Assembly (NCBI GenBank): GCA_946624925.1
Contig: CAMOSO010000027.1
Coordinates: forward strand, 23,115 to 87,114
Direction: 5' to 3'
Source of the DNA: an uncultured Bacteroidales bacterium
GTDB taxonomy: Bacteria; Bacteroidota; Bacteroidia; Bacteroidales; UBA3824
Length of the DNA stretch: 64,000 nt
The notes under the pieces were generated by a model. The model was given only the letters and a program-made list of their open reading frames with translations. It was not told where the DNA came from and made no database searches. The position numbers were made by a program, and so were the translations under genes. Of the stretch, positions 53,139 to 62,222 are shown piece by piece. Every line of letters starts with the position of its first letter. The first letter of the stretch is position 1.

Positions 53139-54977
53139 ATGGCAGAACAACCACCATTGATCCCCACCATGTCGTCCGACATGGAATATTCGCTTGGCAA
53201 GGACGTGATAAGCACCAACCGGCTTGGAGCATCGTCCAGCACAAGCATCACGCTGTGCAATTCGCGCAACTGGCACGGCATATTGTCGATATACGACCAA
53301 GAGCACGACCGCACCAAAATACTGCTCTCCACGCTCGACGACGCGGTGCTGCTCGGCGGCAACACCTATTACATCTCGGTGCGCAAATATCCCAACGTCT
53401 ATTTCCCGATGGGATACCAATACATATCGGCAGCCAACTTCAACCCCTACCCCACCATCGAATACTCGCTTGGCAACGAAGCCATACTACGCAAGGAGAT
53501 GGTGCTCGCCTCCGATGAACCGACATTGTTTGTCAGGTACACGCTCATTTCGTCCAACAAGCCAGCCAAGATTCGCATAAGACCGATAGTGGCATTCAGG
53601 TATATCGACGAACTCCGACACCGCGACCCACGCATCTTCACGGGCAATACCGTCATCCAAAACGGCATCGCCTACCATCCCAACGACAACGAGCCTATGC
53701 TCTACATGCAGACCAGCATGCCGGGGGATTTCGTTACCGCGCCCGATTGGAATTACAACATAGAATATCCTATCGACCACAAGGCGGGCAGACCGTACCA
53801 GGAAGACCTGTTCATGCCCGGATTTTTTGAAATCGAATTGGTATCGAGCCAAGAATTTATATTCAGCGCATCTCTCATTCCTCAGCAAACAGAAGGCCTC
53901 GCCAAAAAGTTTGTGGAAGCAATATCCCAACGAAAACCAAGGCTTACATACGACGACATCGTATTGCATGCAGCACAACAGATGCTCAGAAACGACGATA
54001 TGGGCTGCCATGTGATAGAGACCATACCGCCGGTAAGGCGAAGGTCGAAGGACGTATGCGGAGCCATCGCCGGTCTCACGCTGCCAAGCGGCAATCCCAA
54101 CTTATTCCGCGATCTGGCTAACACCTACATCGAAACGATCCGCAACGGGCTTGCATACGGCATCGGCAACGTCGATTACGCGCCCGAAACTCCATTGTGG
54201 TTTGTATGGTCGGTGCAGCAATACGCCTACCAGCAAAACGACCGCTACAAGATATACCGCGAATACGGCGAAACCATCAAGAAAATCATCAACGACATCA
54301 TCAGCAGCCGTTTCAATACTATGTACCTCAACACCGAAGGCCTATTGTCGCTCCGTAACGGCGACAAACAGGTCTATTACTTAGAAATCAATGCCATGTG
54401 GTACAATGCGCTGATGTTTTACGCCGAGCTGTGCTGCAGCGCACGTTTCCTCGACGATGCGGGCAAGGCTTCAAGGCTCGCACACATTGTCAAACAATCG
54501 CTCATACGCAAATTCTACGACAAAAAGGCGGGATATTTTGCCAACAGCTTAGATTCCGATGGCAACAAGGACACCACATTCTGCGTGGGACAGCTACTCG
54601 CATTCGCCCTGCCATACGCCATCGCCGACAGCGACAAGATTGCAATCGTTTTGCCATTAATCGAGCAAAAACTGCTCACCCCGGTAGGACTCCGCAACAT
54701 CGACGCCGATTCCCCGAAGTACGCAACAGAAGGCTTCATCACACCATTCTACCTCGGATTCCTCGCCGAGATATACATCAAATTGCGAGGCGCCGACGGA
54801 TGCCAAAAGGCAAAAGAATTATACTTGTATTTTGACAACGAACTCAATATTACCATACCACCAAACTTCTACGAAAAATACACCCCATTGCCGCCATACG
54901 AAGGCATTGGAGCTCCAATGAGCGCAGTTACTATTGCTACAATCAATAGAATAAGATTGCTGCTCGCACAGTTTTAA
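53139..54977 (+). CDS. Glycogen debranching enzyme-like protein (GDE N-terminal plus amylo-alpha-1,6-glucosidase domain)
   Basis: The call rests on overall resemblance and the conserved neighbourhood with the GT4 and GH57 genes. ATG at 53139 (the track start is a TTG). Confidence 0.7.
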   Translation: MAEQPPLIPTMSSDMEYSLGKDVISTNRLGASSSTSITLCNSRNWHGILSIYDQEHDRTKILLSTLDDAVLLGGNTYYISVRKYPNVYFPMGYQYISAANFNPYPTIEYSLGNEAILRKEMVLASDEPTLFVRYTLISSNKPAKIRIRPIVAFRYIDELRHRDPRIFTGNTVIQNGIAYHPNDNEPMLYMQTSMPGDFVTAPDWNYNIEYPIDHKAGRPYQEDLFMPGFFEIELVSSQEFIFSASLIPQQTEGLAKKFVEAISQRKPRLTYDDIVLHAAQQMLRNDDMGCHVIETIPPVRRRSKDVCGAIAGLTLPSGNPNLFRDLANTYIETIRNGLAYGIGNVDYAPETPLWFVWSVQQYAYQQNDRYKIYREYGETIKKIINDIISSRFNTMYLNTEGLLSLRNGDKQVYYLEINAMWYNALMFYAELCCSARFLDDAGKASRLAHIVKQSLIRKFYDKKAGYFANSLDSDGNKDTTFCVGQLLAFALPYAIADSDKIAIVLPLIEQKLLTPVGLRNIDADSPKYATEGFITPFYLGFLAEIYIKLRGADGCQKAKELYLYFDNELNITIPPNFYEKYTPLPPYEGIGAPMSAVTIATINRIRLLLAQF

Positions 54978-54992
54978 ACACATTATTTTAAA

Positions 54993-56513
54993 ATGAAAGT
55001 GCTAATGCTCGGGTGGGAATTTCCCCCGCACATATCCGGCGGCCTCGGCACGGCGTGCCACGGCATAGTAAAGGGCCTCGGACGGATACCCGACACAAAA
55101 GTCATATTCGTGGTTCCAAAAACATTCGGCGACGAGAAGGTCAAGAACACCAAGTTTGCCGGAGCGGACAAATACTTGGAACGCCACGCCAAGATCCTCG
55201 ACCGTGAGGTCAAGATTGAGGTGCAGGGTGATTATGCGCCATCCCCTCAACCATTCGACAAGGTAAAAGACCACCTTATATATATAGAGGCGGCATCATC
55301 GCTCCACCCATACATACAGGCGGAGCAGATAGAACGAATACTCATCAACAGGGACATAGACCCGTCCCAAGTCTATTTTGACGAGAAGGGGCGAATGATG
55401 ACAGACATCGACGGCAAACCAAAGGAAATCACAATCGCCATAAGCGACCTCCAAGACGCCGAAAATGTCAACATCAACGACACCAACGAAATAAAGCCCG
55501 CAAAATTTGAATTTACAGGGCGTTACACATCAAATCTCTACACAGAGACCGACATGTATGCGCGTGTGGCTACAGAATTGTCAAAGCAATACGACTTTGA
55601 CGTAATCCATGCCCACGACTGGCTCACATACGAGGCGGGAGTTGCCATCAAGGAGCAGACCGGCAAACCGTTGGTGGTGCACGTACACGCCACCGAATTT
55701 GACCGCAGCGGCGGCAACTACGTCAACGACAGGGTGTTCCAAATTGAAAAACACGGCATGAAGGAGGCTGATGCAGTAATTACCGTAAGCAACCTCACCC
55801 GCGACACCGTGGTCAAAAAATACGACATCGACCCCGACAAGGTGCAGACCGTATATAACGCCGTGGACTTCAAGCCAATACGCCGCATCCCCAACAAAAA
55901 AGGTCCCAAAATAATCACCTTCCTCGGGCGAATCACCCGTCAGAAAGGCCCCGAATACTTCCTACGCGCCGCCTACAAGGTGTTGCAGGAATTGGACGAC
56001 GTGCGCTTCGTGATGGCTGGCAACGGCGATATGTACCACGCAATGATACGCGAGACCGCAAGGCTCGGCATCGCCGACCGTTTCCACTTCACCGACTTCC
56101 TCGACCGGGATGGCGTGCGCCGACTCTTTGCAATGACAGACGTTTTTGTAATGCCGTCGGTATCAGAGCCGTTTGGCATTGTGCCATTGGAAGCCGTAAG
56201 GAGCGGCATACCGGTCATAATATCCCGACAATCGGGCGTGTCGGAAGTGCTCGACAACGCAATCAAGGTGGATTATTGGGACGACAACGCTATGGCAAAC
56301 GCCATCTACTCACTCATAAAATACCCCACGCTCGCCAAGCACCTATCGCGCAGCGGACGCGAGGAAATCAAGCAAATCAAATGGGATTTCACCGCCACCG
56401 ACATCAGGAACATATACGAAGAACTCATCGAAATGCGCAATGCAGCCGAAGATGAAGGCGTCGGCGAAAATTTCGACAACACCAATATTTTAATCAAAAA
56501 ACAAGGAAAATGA
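54993..56513 (+). CDS. Glycosyltransferase family 4, glycogen-synthase-like
   Basis: MKVLMLGWEFPPHISGGLGTACHGI...HAHDWLT...VMPSVSEPFGIVPLEAVRSGIPVIISRQSGVSEV. Confidence 0.8.
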   Translation: MKVLMLGWEFPPHISGGLGTACHGIVKGLGRIPDTKVIFVVPKTFGDEKVKNTKFAGADKYLERHAKILDREVKIEVQGDYAPSPQPFDKVKDHLIYIEAASSLHPYIQAEQIERILINRDIDPSQVYFDEKGRMMTDIDGKPKEITIAISDLQDAENVNINDTNEIKPAKFEFTGRYTSNLYTETDMYARVATELSKQYDFDVIHAHDWLTYEAGVAIKEQTGKPLVVHVHATEFDRSGGNYVNDRVFQIEKHGMKEADAVITVSNLTRDTVVKKYDIDPDKVQTVYNAVDFKPIRRIPNKKGPKIITFLGRITRQKGPEYFLRAAYKVLQELDDVRFVMAGNGDMYHAMIRETARLGIADRFHFTDFLDRDGVRRLFAMTDVFVMPSVSEPFGIVPLEAVRSGIPVIISRQSGVSEVLDNAIKVDYWDDNAMANAIYSLIKYPTLAKHLSRSGREEIKQIKWDFTATDIRNIYEELIEMRNAAEDEGVGENFDNTNILIKKQGK

Positions 56514-57778
56514 AGACTATCTGCTTGAATTTCAACATACACCGGGCATACCGATTGAAAAAATACGACTTTTTTGACATCGGGCACAACAATTTTTACT
56601 TCGACGAACTCGCCACTCAATCGGACGCGGAGAAGAAAAATATGGACTTCGTGAATCCAATGTTCGATATGGTGGAGTCGTTGATTAAAAAATACGGCAC
56701 GGCGTTCAAACTATCCGCCACTGTATCTGGCGTGGTGCTTTCATTCCAGGAAAAATATTGCCCGGAATATTTGCAGCGTTACCGCCAATTTGCCGACACG
56801 GGCTGCGTGGAATTTGTCGGGATGCCATACAACCATTCGCTATGCGCTCTCAAAGACGAAAAGGAGTTCATACACGAGGTACAAAAACACGCCTCCGAAT
56901 TGAAACGCATTGTAGGTGTATCTCCCTCTACATTCCGCAACACCGAATTGATATACACCGACAAGATTGGCAAAATAGCCTACGACCTCGGATTTGACAC
57001 CGTGCTTGCAGAAGGCGCAGGACCGGGACTTGATTCGAGGGGCGCGGGTTTTGTGTATTTCAATCCGTTGCAACCGAGACAGCACATCATCACACGCAAT
57101 GTGAGCATCTCGCGCATACTCAACGATTCGCTCAAAGACATCAGCCACTTCACGCCGGAATACTTTGCAAACAAGCTCTACGAAACCGACGATGAAGACA
57201 ACATCTTGTACTTGGGCATCTCTTTTGAAAGCATGGACGGCTCGTCGGGCAACCGCCAGCAAGTGCCAGCCTTCATACAGAAATGCATCGAGATACTCGT
57301 CGAGTCGGGTTACTTTGAATTTTGTACAATGAGCGAGGCTGCGCACAAATACGCACCCGTGGCACCATACCACGCCACATTGCCGGTATCAGGAATGACA
57401 CGCAAGCACGACCTCTCTCCGTGGCAGGGCAACGAACTGCAAAAGGAGGCTCTCAGGAAGATTACCGCCCTCGGCGACCTCGTGAAAGCCGCCAACAGCG
57501 ACACCCTCACCGACATTTGGGAACGACTGCAATGCTCCGACTATTTCTATTTTATGTCCACCGACAATCTCGACTACAAGCACAATCCGTTCAAGACGCC
57601 TTACGATGCCTTCATATCATATATGAACATCATCGACGACCTCACCCGCCGCCTCAACAAAAAAGCGGAGAAAAACAACGCCGACAATATGACTAAGCAA
57701 CAAATTAAGGATACAATTAGTTTTTATGAAAAAGAAATTGTATCTTTGCAGCGCAAACTCAACGGAAAGGGCGAGTAG
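56510..57778 (+). CDS. Glycoside hydrolase family 57-like (alpha-amylase / polysaccharide deacetylase-fold) protein
   Basis: The N-terminus ICLNFNIHRAYRLKKY and the pattern VEFVGMPYNHSL fit GH57-type enzymes. The gene has an ATGA overlap with the upstream GT4 gene. Confidence 0.65.
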   Translation: MKTICLNFNIHRAYRLKKYDFFDIGHNNFYFDELATQSDAEKKNMDFVNPMFDMVESLIKKYGTAFKLSATVSGVVLSFQEKYCPEYLQRYRQFADTGCVEFVGMPYNHSLCALKDEKEFIHEVQKHASELKRIVGVSPSTFRNTELIYTDKIGKIAYDLGFDTVLAEGAGPGLDSRGAGFVYFNPLQPRQHIITRNVSISRILNDSLKDISHFTPEYFANKLYETDDEDNILYLGISFESMDGSSGNRQQVPAFIQKCIEILVESGYFEFCTMSEAAHKYAPVAPYHATLPVSGMTRKHDLSPWQGNELQKEALRKITALGDLVKAANSDTLTDIWERLQCSDYFYFMSTDNLDYKHNPFKTPYDAFISYMNIIDDLTRRLNKKAEKNNADNMTKQQIKDTISFYEKEIVSLQRKLNGKGE

Positions 57779-57830
57779 CAACAAGCAACTGACAATTTAT
57801 TTGAATGCAACAATAATATATTTTTAAACA

Positions 57831-59477
57831 ATGTTAGAACGTTTTTTGAAGCAGACGTCGTTCAAAAATATGGACGACTTTTGCAAAAACTACAAGGTCA
57901 TCGTGCCTGAAAATTTCAATTTCGGCTACGACGTTGTAGATGCCTGGGCATTGGAGCAGCCTGAAAAACTCGCAATGATTTGGGCAAACGACAAGGGCGA
58001 GGAGCACAAGTTCACATTCGCCGAAATGAAAAAATATTCAGACCAGACGGCGTCATACCTTATGAGCCTCGGCATCAAGAAGGGCGACCGCGTGATGCTC
58101 ATCCTCAAAAGGCATTATCAGTTTTGGTTTGCAATCACAGCAATCCACAAGATTGGCGCAATTGTAATACCCGCCACTCACCTTCTCACCAAGCACGACC
58201 TCGTATATCGCAACAACGCCGCCGGCGTGAAGGCTATCATTTGCTGCGGCGACCAGATTATACTCGACCACGTCAAACAGTCGCTGCCAGAATCCCCAAC
58301 CATCGAAAAACTCATTTCCGTAGGCCCCGAAGTGCCAGAAGGTTTTGAGGATTTCAATGCCGGAATCAAGAACGCCGCGCCTTTCGTAGCCCCCGAGAGA
58401 AACCAAAATTCGGACATTTCGCTCATCTACTTCACATCCGGCACGGCTGGCGAACCCAAGATGGTGGCTCACGACTTCACATATCCGCTCGGACACATCA
58501 CAACGGCGGCATATTGGCAAAACCTCACGCCCAATGACATCCACCTCACCGTGGCAGACACCGGCTGGGGCAAGGCTGTCTGGGGCAAATTGTACGGACA
58601 ATGGATTGTGGGCGCGTGCGTATTCGTGTATGACCACGAAAAATTCACACCCCACGACCTCCTCGATATGATGATTAAGCACAAGGTAACTACCTTCTGT
58701 GCGCCGCCCACCATCTACCGTTTCCTCATCAAGGAAGCCCTCCACAACTACGACCTCTCCAACCTCCGCCACATCACCACGGCGGGCGAGGCGTTGAACA
58801 AGTCGGTATTCAACACGATGAAGGAAATCACAGGCCTAAACATCTACGAAGGCTTCGGACAGACGGAAACCACACTTTCGCTCGCCACATTCCCGTGGAT
58901 GAATCCCAAGCCGGGCTCAATGGGCGTTCCTAATCCCGATTACGACATCGACATCATCGACGAAAACGGCAAGTCGGTGCCAGTGGGCGAACACGGCGAG
59001 ATTGTAATCCGCTTAGACAAGCACCGCCCGCTCGGATTGTTTGCCGAATACTTCCGCGACCCCGAATTGTACACGCAAGTAGTTACCGACAATGGCACAA
59101 TCTATCACACCGGCGATGTAGCCTACCGCGACGAGGACGGCTACTATTGGTTTGTGGGCAGAATCGACGACGTATTCAAGAGTAGCGGCTACCGCATCAG
59201 CCCGTTTGAAGTGGAGAATGCTTGTATGACGCACCCCGCAGTAGTAGAATGTGCTGTAACTGGCGTTCCCGACCCTGTACGCGGCTTTGCAATCAAGGCT
59301 ACAATCGTACTCGCCAAGGGTTACGAGCCGTCGGAGGAGTTGATTAAAGACATTCAGACCCACGTCAAGCACGAGACCGCGCCCTACAAATATCCGCGTG
59401 TAGTCGAGTTTGTCGCCGAACTGCCCAAGACCATCTCCGGCAAAATCCGCCGCGTGGAACTTCGTGGAAAACATTAA
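57831..59477 (+). CDS. AMP-binding acyl-CoA synthetase (medium-chain type)
   Basis: LIYFTSGTAGEPKMV (AMP-binding motif), YEGFGQTET, YHTGDVAYRDEDGYYWFVGRIDDVFKSSGYRISPFEVE and PKTISGKIRR. Confidence 0.9.
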   Translation: MLERFLKQTSFKNMDDFCKNYKVIVPENFNFGYDVVDAWALEQPEKLAMIWANDKGEEHKFTFAEMKKYSDQTASYLMSLGIKKGDRVMLILKRHYQFWFAITAIHKIGAIVIPATHLLTKHDLVYRNNAAGVKAIICCGDQIILDHVKQSLPESPTIEKLISVGPEVPEGFEDFNAGIKNAAPFVAPERNQNSDISLIYFTSGTAGEPKMVAHDFTYPLGHITTAAYWQNLTPNDIHLTVADTGWGKAVWGKLYGQWIVGACVFVYDHEKFTPHDLLDMMIKHKVTTFCAPPTIYRFLIKEALHNYDLSNLRHITTAGEALNKSVFNTMKEITGLNIYEGFGQTETTLSLATFPWMNPKPGSMGVPNPDYDIDIIDENGKSVPVGEHGEIVIRLDKHRPLGLFAEYFRDPELYTQVVTDNGTIYHTGDVAYRDEDGYYWFVGRIDDVFKSSGYRISPFEVENACMTHPAVVECAVTGVPDPVRGFAIKATIVLAKGYEPSEELIKDIQTHVKHETAPYKYPRVVEFVAELPKTISGKIRRVELRGKH

Positions 59478-59487
59478 TTTTCACATA

Positions 59488-59515
59488 CACACCGCCTACG
59501 GCGGCGTGATTTTTG
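59488..59515 (+). terminator. Rho-independent terminator candidate of the acyl-CoA synthetase gene; also the left end of a composite palindrome
   Basis: CACACCGCC-TAC-GGCGGCGTG forms a stem of 8 bp with one internal mismatch, followed by ATTTTT. Confidence 0.6.
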
Positions 59516-59521
59516 GAACGT

Positions 59522-59601
59522 AAATTAAACGAATTATAACGAATTAAAACGAATTTATAAATAATTAATTCGCTAAAATTCGTTATAATTCGTTTTAATT
59601 T
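59522..59601. repeat. 80-bp AT-rich imperfect palindrome built from three ACGAATT units per arm
   Basis: The left arm AAATTAAACGAATTATAACGAATT (59522-59545) matches the reverse complement of the right arm (59577-59601) apart from a 1-nt indel. The inner units ACGAATT/AATTCGC also pair. Confidence 0.8.
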
Positions 59602-59613
59602 TTGTTTATAAAA

Positions 59614-59630
59614 AAACGCCGTAGGCGTTT
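59614..59630 (-). repeat. Right-end hairpin AAACGCC-GTA-GGCGTTT, an inverted copy of the CGCCTACGGCG core at 59493-59503
   Basis: CGCCGTAGGCG (59617-59627) is the exact reverse complement of CGCCTACGGCG (59493-59503). Read on the minus strand, it is followed by a T-run. Confidence 0.7.
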
Positions 59631-59652
59631 GCAAAACCAAAATTATCGTTGT

Positions 59653-60885
59653 ATGGTACTGAATTACATTTGGATTTCATTCTTTGTGCTGGGATTTCTC
59701 GCCGCGCTGTACCAATGGATTGTGGGCGGCAACGGCGACATATTCCCGCAGATGGTAAATGCCACCTTCGATTCGAGCAAGACGGCTTTTGAAATATCGT
59801 TGGGCTTGACGGGCGTATTGTCGCTGTGGTCGGGCTTGATGAAAGTGGGCGAACAGGGCGGTATGACAAACGTGATGGCGCGGCTTTTTGGCCCGTTTTT
59901 CCGCCGATTGTTTCCCGAAATTCCCAAAGACCATCCAGCGATGGGCAGCATCGTGATGAATTTCAGTGCCAATATGCTCGGTCTCGACAACGCCGCCACG
60001 CCCCTCGGATTGAAGGCTATGAACCAAATGCAGGAACTCAACCCCAAAAAGGACACCGCCTCCAACGCACAGATTATGTTTTTGACGCTCAACGCGTCAG
60101 GCCTTACAATCTTGCCCGTAACGATAATGATGTACCGACTTCAACTCGGTGCGGCAGACCCGTCCGACATTTTCATCCCAATACTTTTGGCAACGAGCGC
60201 AAGCACAGTAGCCGGACTTATCGCCGTGTGTCTTTGGCAACGTATCAAACTGTTTGACAAGGTGATAATGGCTTATTTGTTGGGATTTCTCGCGTTGGAA
60301 GGGCTGTTGGTATGGCAGTTTGCGCAGATGGACCAAGAAACGATTTCGCGCATAAGTTCCGTCGCCGCCAATTTCATCATTTTTGGAGTGATAGTATCGT
60401 TCATCGTGATGGCAATGATGAAGAAGGTAAATGTCTATGAATCATTCGTAGAAGGCGCAAAGGAAGGTTTTACGACGGCTATTAAGATAATTCCGTATAT
60501 GGTGGCAATGCTTGTTGCAATCGGCGTATTCAGGGCGTCGGGCGCGTTGACATTCTTGACCGACGGACTATCGGCGATGTTTGCCGCATTGGGCTGCAAC
60601 ACCGATTTCATTCCATCCATTCCAACAGCCCTGATGAAACCCCTCAGCGGCTCGGGCGCACGTGGTATGATGATTGACTGTATGAAAAGTTGCGGCGTGG
60701 ATTCATTCGCCGGTCGCCTGAGTTGCACAATGCAAGGCGCAGCCGACACCACATTCTATATAATTGCACTCTATTTTGGCTCCGTCGGCATCAAAAATAC
60801 GCGCTACGCCATATCGGCAGGCTTAATAGCCGAATTTGCCGGAATATTGGCAAGCATCGCCGTGGCGTATGTGTTTTTTGGATAA
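59653..60885 (+). CDS. Nucleoside-recognition-domain membrane protein (SpmA/SpmB-like fusion)
   Basis: Polytopic, with an N-terminus MVLNYIWISFFVLGFLAALYQ, FPEIPKDHPAMGSIVMNFSANMLGLDNAATPLGLKAM and PLSGSGARG. ATG at 59653; the track TTG start at 59602 lies inside the palindrome. Confidence 0.75.
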   Translation: MVLNYIWISFFVLGFLAALYQWIVGGNGDIFPQMVNATFDSSKTAFEISLGLTGVLSLWSGLMKVGEQGGMTNVMARLFGPFFRRLFPEIPKDHPAMGSIVMNFSANMLGLDNAATPLGLKAMNQMQELNPKKDTASNAQIMFLTLNASGLTILPVTIMMYRLQLGAADPSDIFIPILLATSASTVAGLIAVCLWQRIKLFDKVIMAYLLGFLALEGLLVWQFAQMDQETISRISSVAANFIIFGVIVSFIVMAMMKKVNVYESFVEGAKEGFTTAIKIIPYMVAMLVAIGVFRASGALTFLTDGLSAMFAALGCNTDFIPSIPTALMKPLSGSGARGMMIDCMKSCGVDSFAGRLSCTMQGAADTTFYIIALYFGSVGIKNTRYAISAGLIAEFAGILASIAVAYVFFG

Positions 60886-61001
60886 GGAATTGTTATACGG
60901 AGAATAGATATACCAATTATCTTCAAGTTTGTATAACCAAAGAGAATCTTATTCGGTAGTATCTGCGATAGCCTCCATAGCCTGTTCTGACCAAATTATA
61001 T

Positions 61002-61283
61002 TCATACTGCAACTGACATCAAACGTTCCTCGCACATTCTTAAAAGGTCTTCGGTAGTGCCGCATCTACCTGATGCTATCTGACTCTCACCTTCTTCTAT
61101 CATTTCACGCTTGCTTTTGTATTGCGTAAAAGGCATATTGTCCAAAGAAAAACCGTCGTCGTCATCAGACTCTAACCTTTTTCCTTGGGTGAGCGACCTA
61201 CTAAGCCACAACACATCCTCCTCAGATAATGTTCCTAAAAGATAATCTCTCAGATTAATTAATAAATCCTTGCTCATAATCAA
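61002..61283 (-). CDS. Hypothetical 93-aa acidic protein
   Basis: I recognise no family. The C-terminal ...EMIEEGESQIASGRCGTTEDLL is loosely like the tails of small antitoxin-type proteins. The gene is separated from the upstream gene by two hairpin elements. Confidence 0.45.
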   Translation of the reverse strand: MIMSKDLLINLRDYLLGTLSEEDVLWLSRSLTQGKRLESDDDDGFSLDNMPFTQYKSKREMIEEGESQIASGRCGTTEDLLRMCEERLMSVAV

Positions 61284-61314
61284 TCAATTAAAGTTTTTAT
61301 TGTTAGAGAGCGGC

Positions 61315-61367
61315 TGGGGTGCGGGCGGCTCGCCCGCCAATTAAGCAGGCGAGCCGCCTGCATTCCA
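61315..61367. repeat. Dispersed hairpin element, copies D (+) and E (-) head to head
   Basis: TGGGGTGCGGGCGGCTCGCCCGC (61315-61337) and the reverse complement of GCAGGCGAGCCGCCTGCATTCCA (61345-61367), separated by 7 nt. A further CATTCCAAC half-repeat lies at 61380-61388. Confidence 0.75.
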
Positions 61368-61391
61368 ACATGCCGCCTACATTCCAACTTC

Positions 61392-62195
61392 CTAATGCAT
61401 CCCCTTAAATATCAAATACGCCACTGCTGCGACGCCGAGCAATACAAATATCAACACGCACGTGGCTATCGTCTTGATAGACGAAAGCGTCTTCTCGTTG
61501 CTCTGCGCTTGTTTGAGGACTTTGTCACTCTTGACGGCCTCCAATATCTTAGCGGAAGTCTCATTCAACGCCTTCTGCTGCTCGGTGTATTCGAGGATTT
61601 GGCGCGAGATGGTGTCGAGGCGCGAGGGGAAATCAACGCTCTCGATTTTGTCTTTGAGTTCGGCGGTCGATTGCGCGAGTTCGAGGTACGAACTCAGGAG
61701 TTTGTCGGTCTCGGCGGATTGTTTGAGATATGCATCCTTGACGGTCTCCACGTTGAGGGCGGCGGCGGCGGCGTTGCTCTTGATGAGCTGGCTCTGCGCG
61801 TCGAGTTTTTTGGTGCTTTCCTCCACGAGGCGGTCGATGTTTTCCGTCTGCGATGCCACAGCCTTGTCGTACAACGCCTTGACATTGTTGTTGGCGGTCT
61901 CCACGAGGTCGTTGTAACGGTCGAGGAGCGAGGTCTGCGAGGTGATGGTGCCGCGTACGTGCTCCACGACGAGCTGTTGGTTTTGGTCCGACTGTTTGTT
62001 GGCGGCTTCGAGAAACTCGGTGTATAGAGACGTGAGGCGGTCGAGGTTTTTGGCAAAATCCTCGTGGATACCCTTCGCCTCCGCGATCACAGCGTCCGAC
62101 GCCTTGCCCGCCTGCGAAATCATATTGCTTGCCGACTGAAGGTTCTCCAAGTCCTTCTGCAACTGTACAAGTTCGTTGTTGATAAGTTCTTTCAT
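61392..62195 (-). CDS. Coiled-coil protein with a single C-terminal transmembrane anchor (267 aa)
   Basis: Heptad-rich, Ala/Gln/Leu/Lys-rich sequence throughout. The last 30 residues, IKTIATCVLIFVLLGVAAVAYLIFKGMH, form a TM tail. The gene starts 27 nt downstream of the helicase gene. Confidence 0.65.
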   Translation of the reverse strand: MKELINNELVQLQKDLENLQSASNMISQAGKASDAVIAEAKGIHEDFAKNLDRLTSLYTEFLEAANKQSDQNQQLVVEHVRGTITSQTSLLDRYNDLVETANNNVKALYDKAVASQTENIDRLVEESTKKLDAQSQLIKSNAAAAALNVETVKDAYLKQSAETDKLLSSYLELAQSTAELKDKIESVDFPSRLDTISRQILEYTEQQKALNETSAKILEAVKSDKVLKQAQSNEKTLSSIKTIATCVLIFVLLGVAAVAYLIFKGMH

Positions 62196-62222
62196 ATCTT
62201 TGAAGTCAAAAAAAGTTTCACA

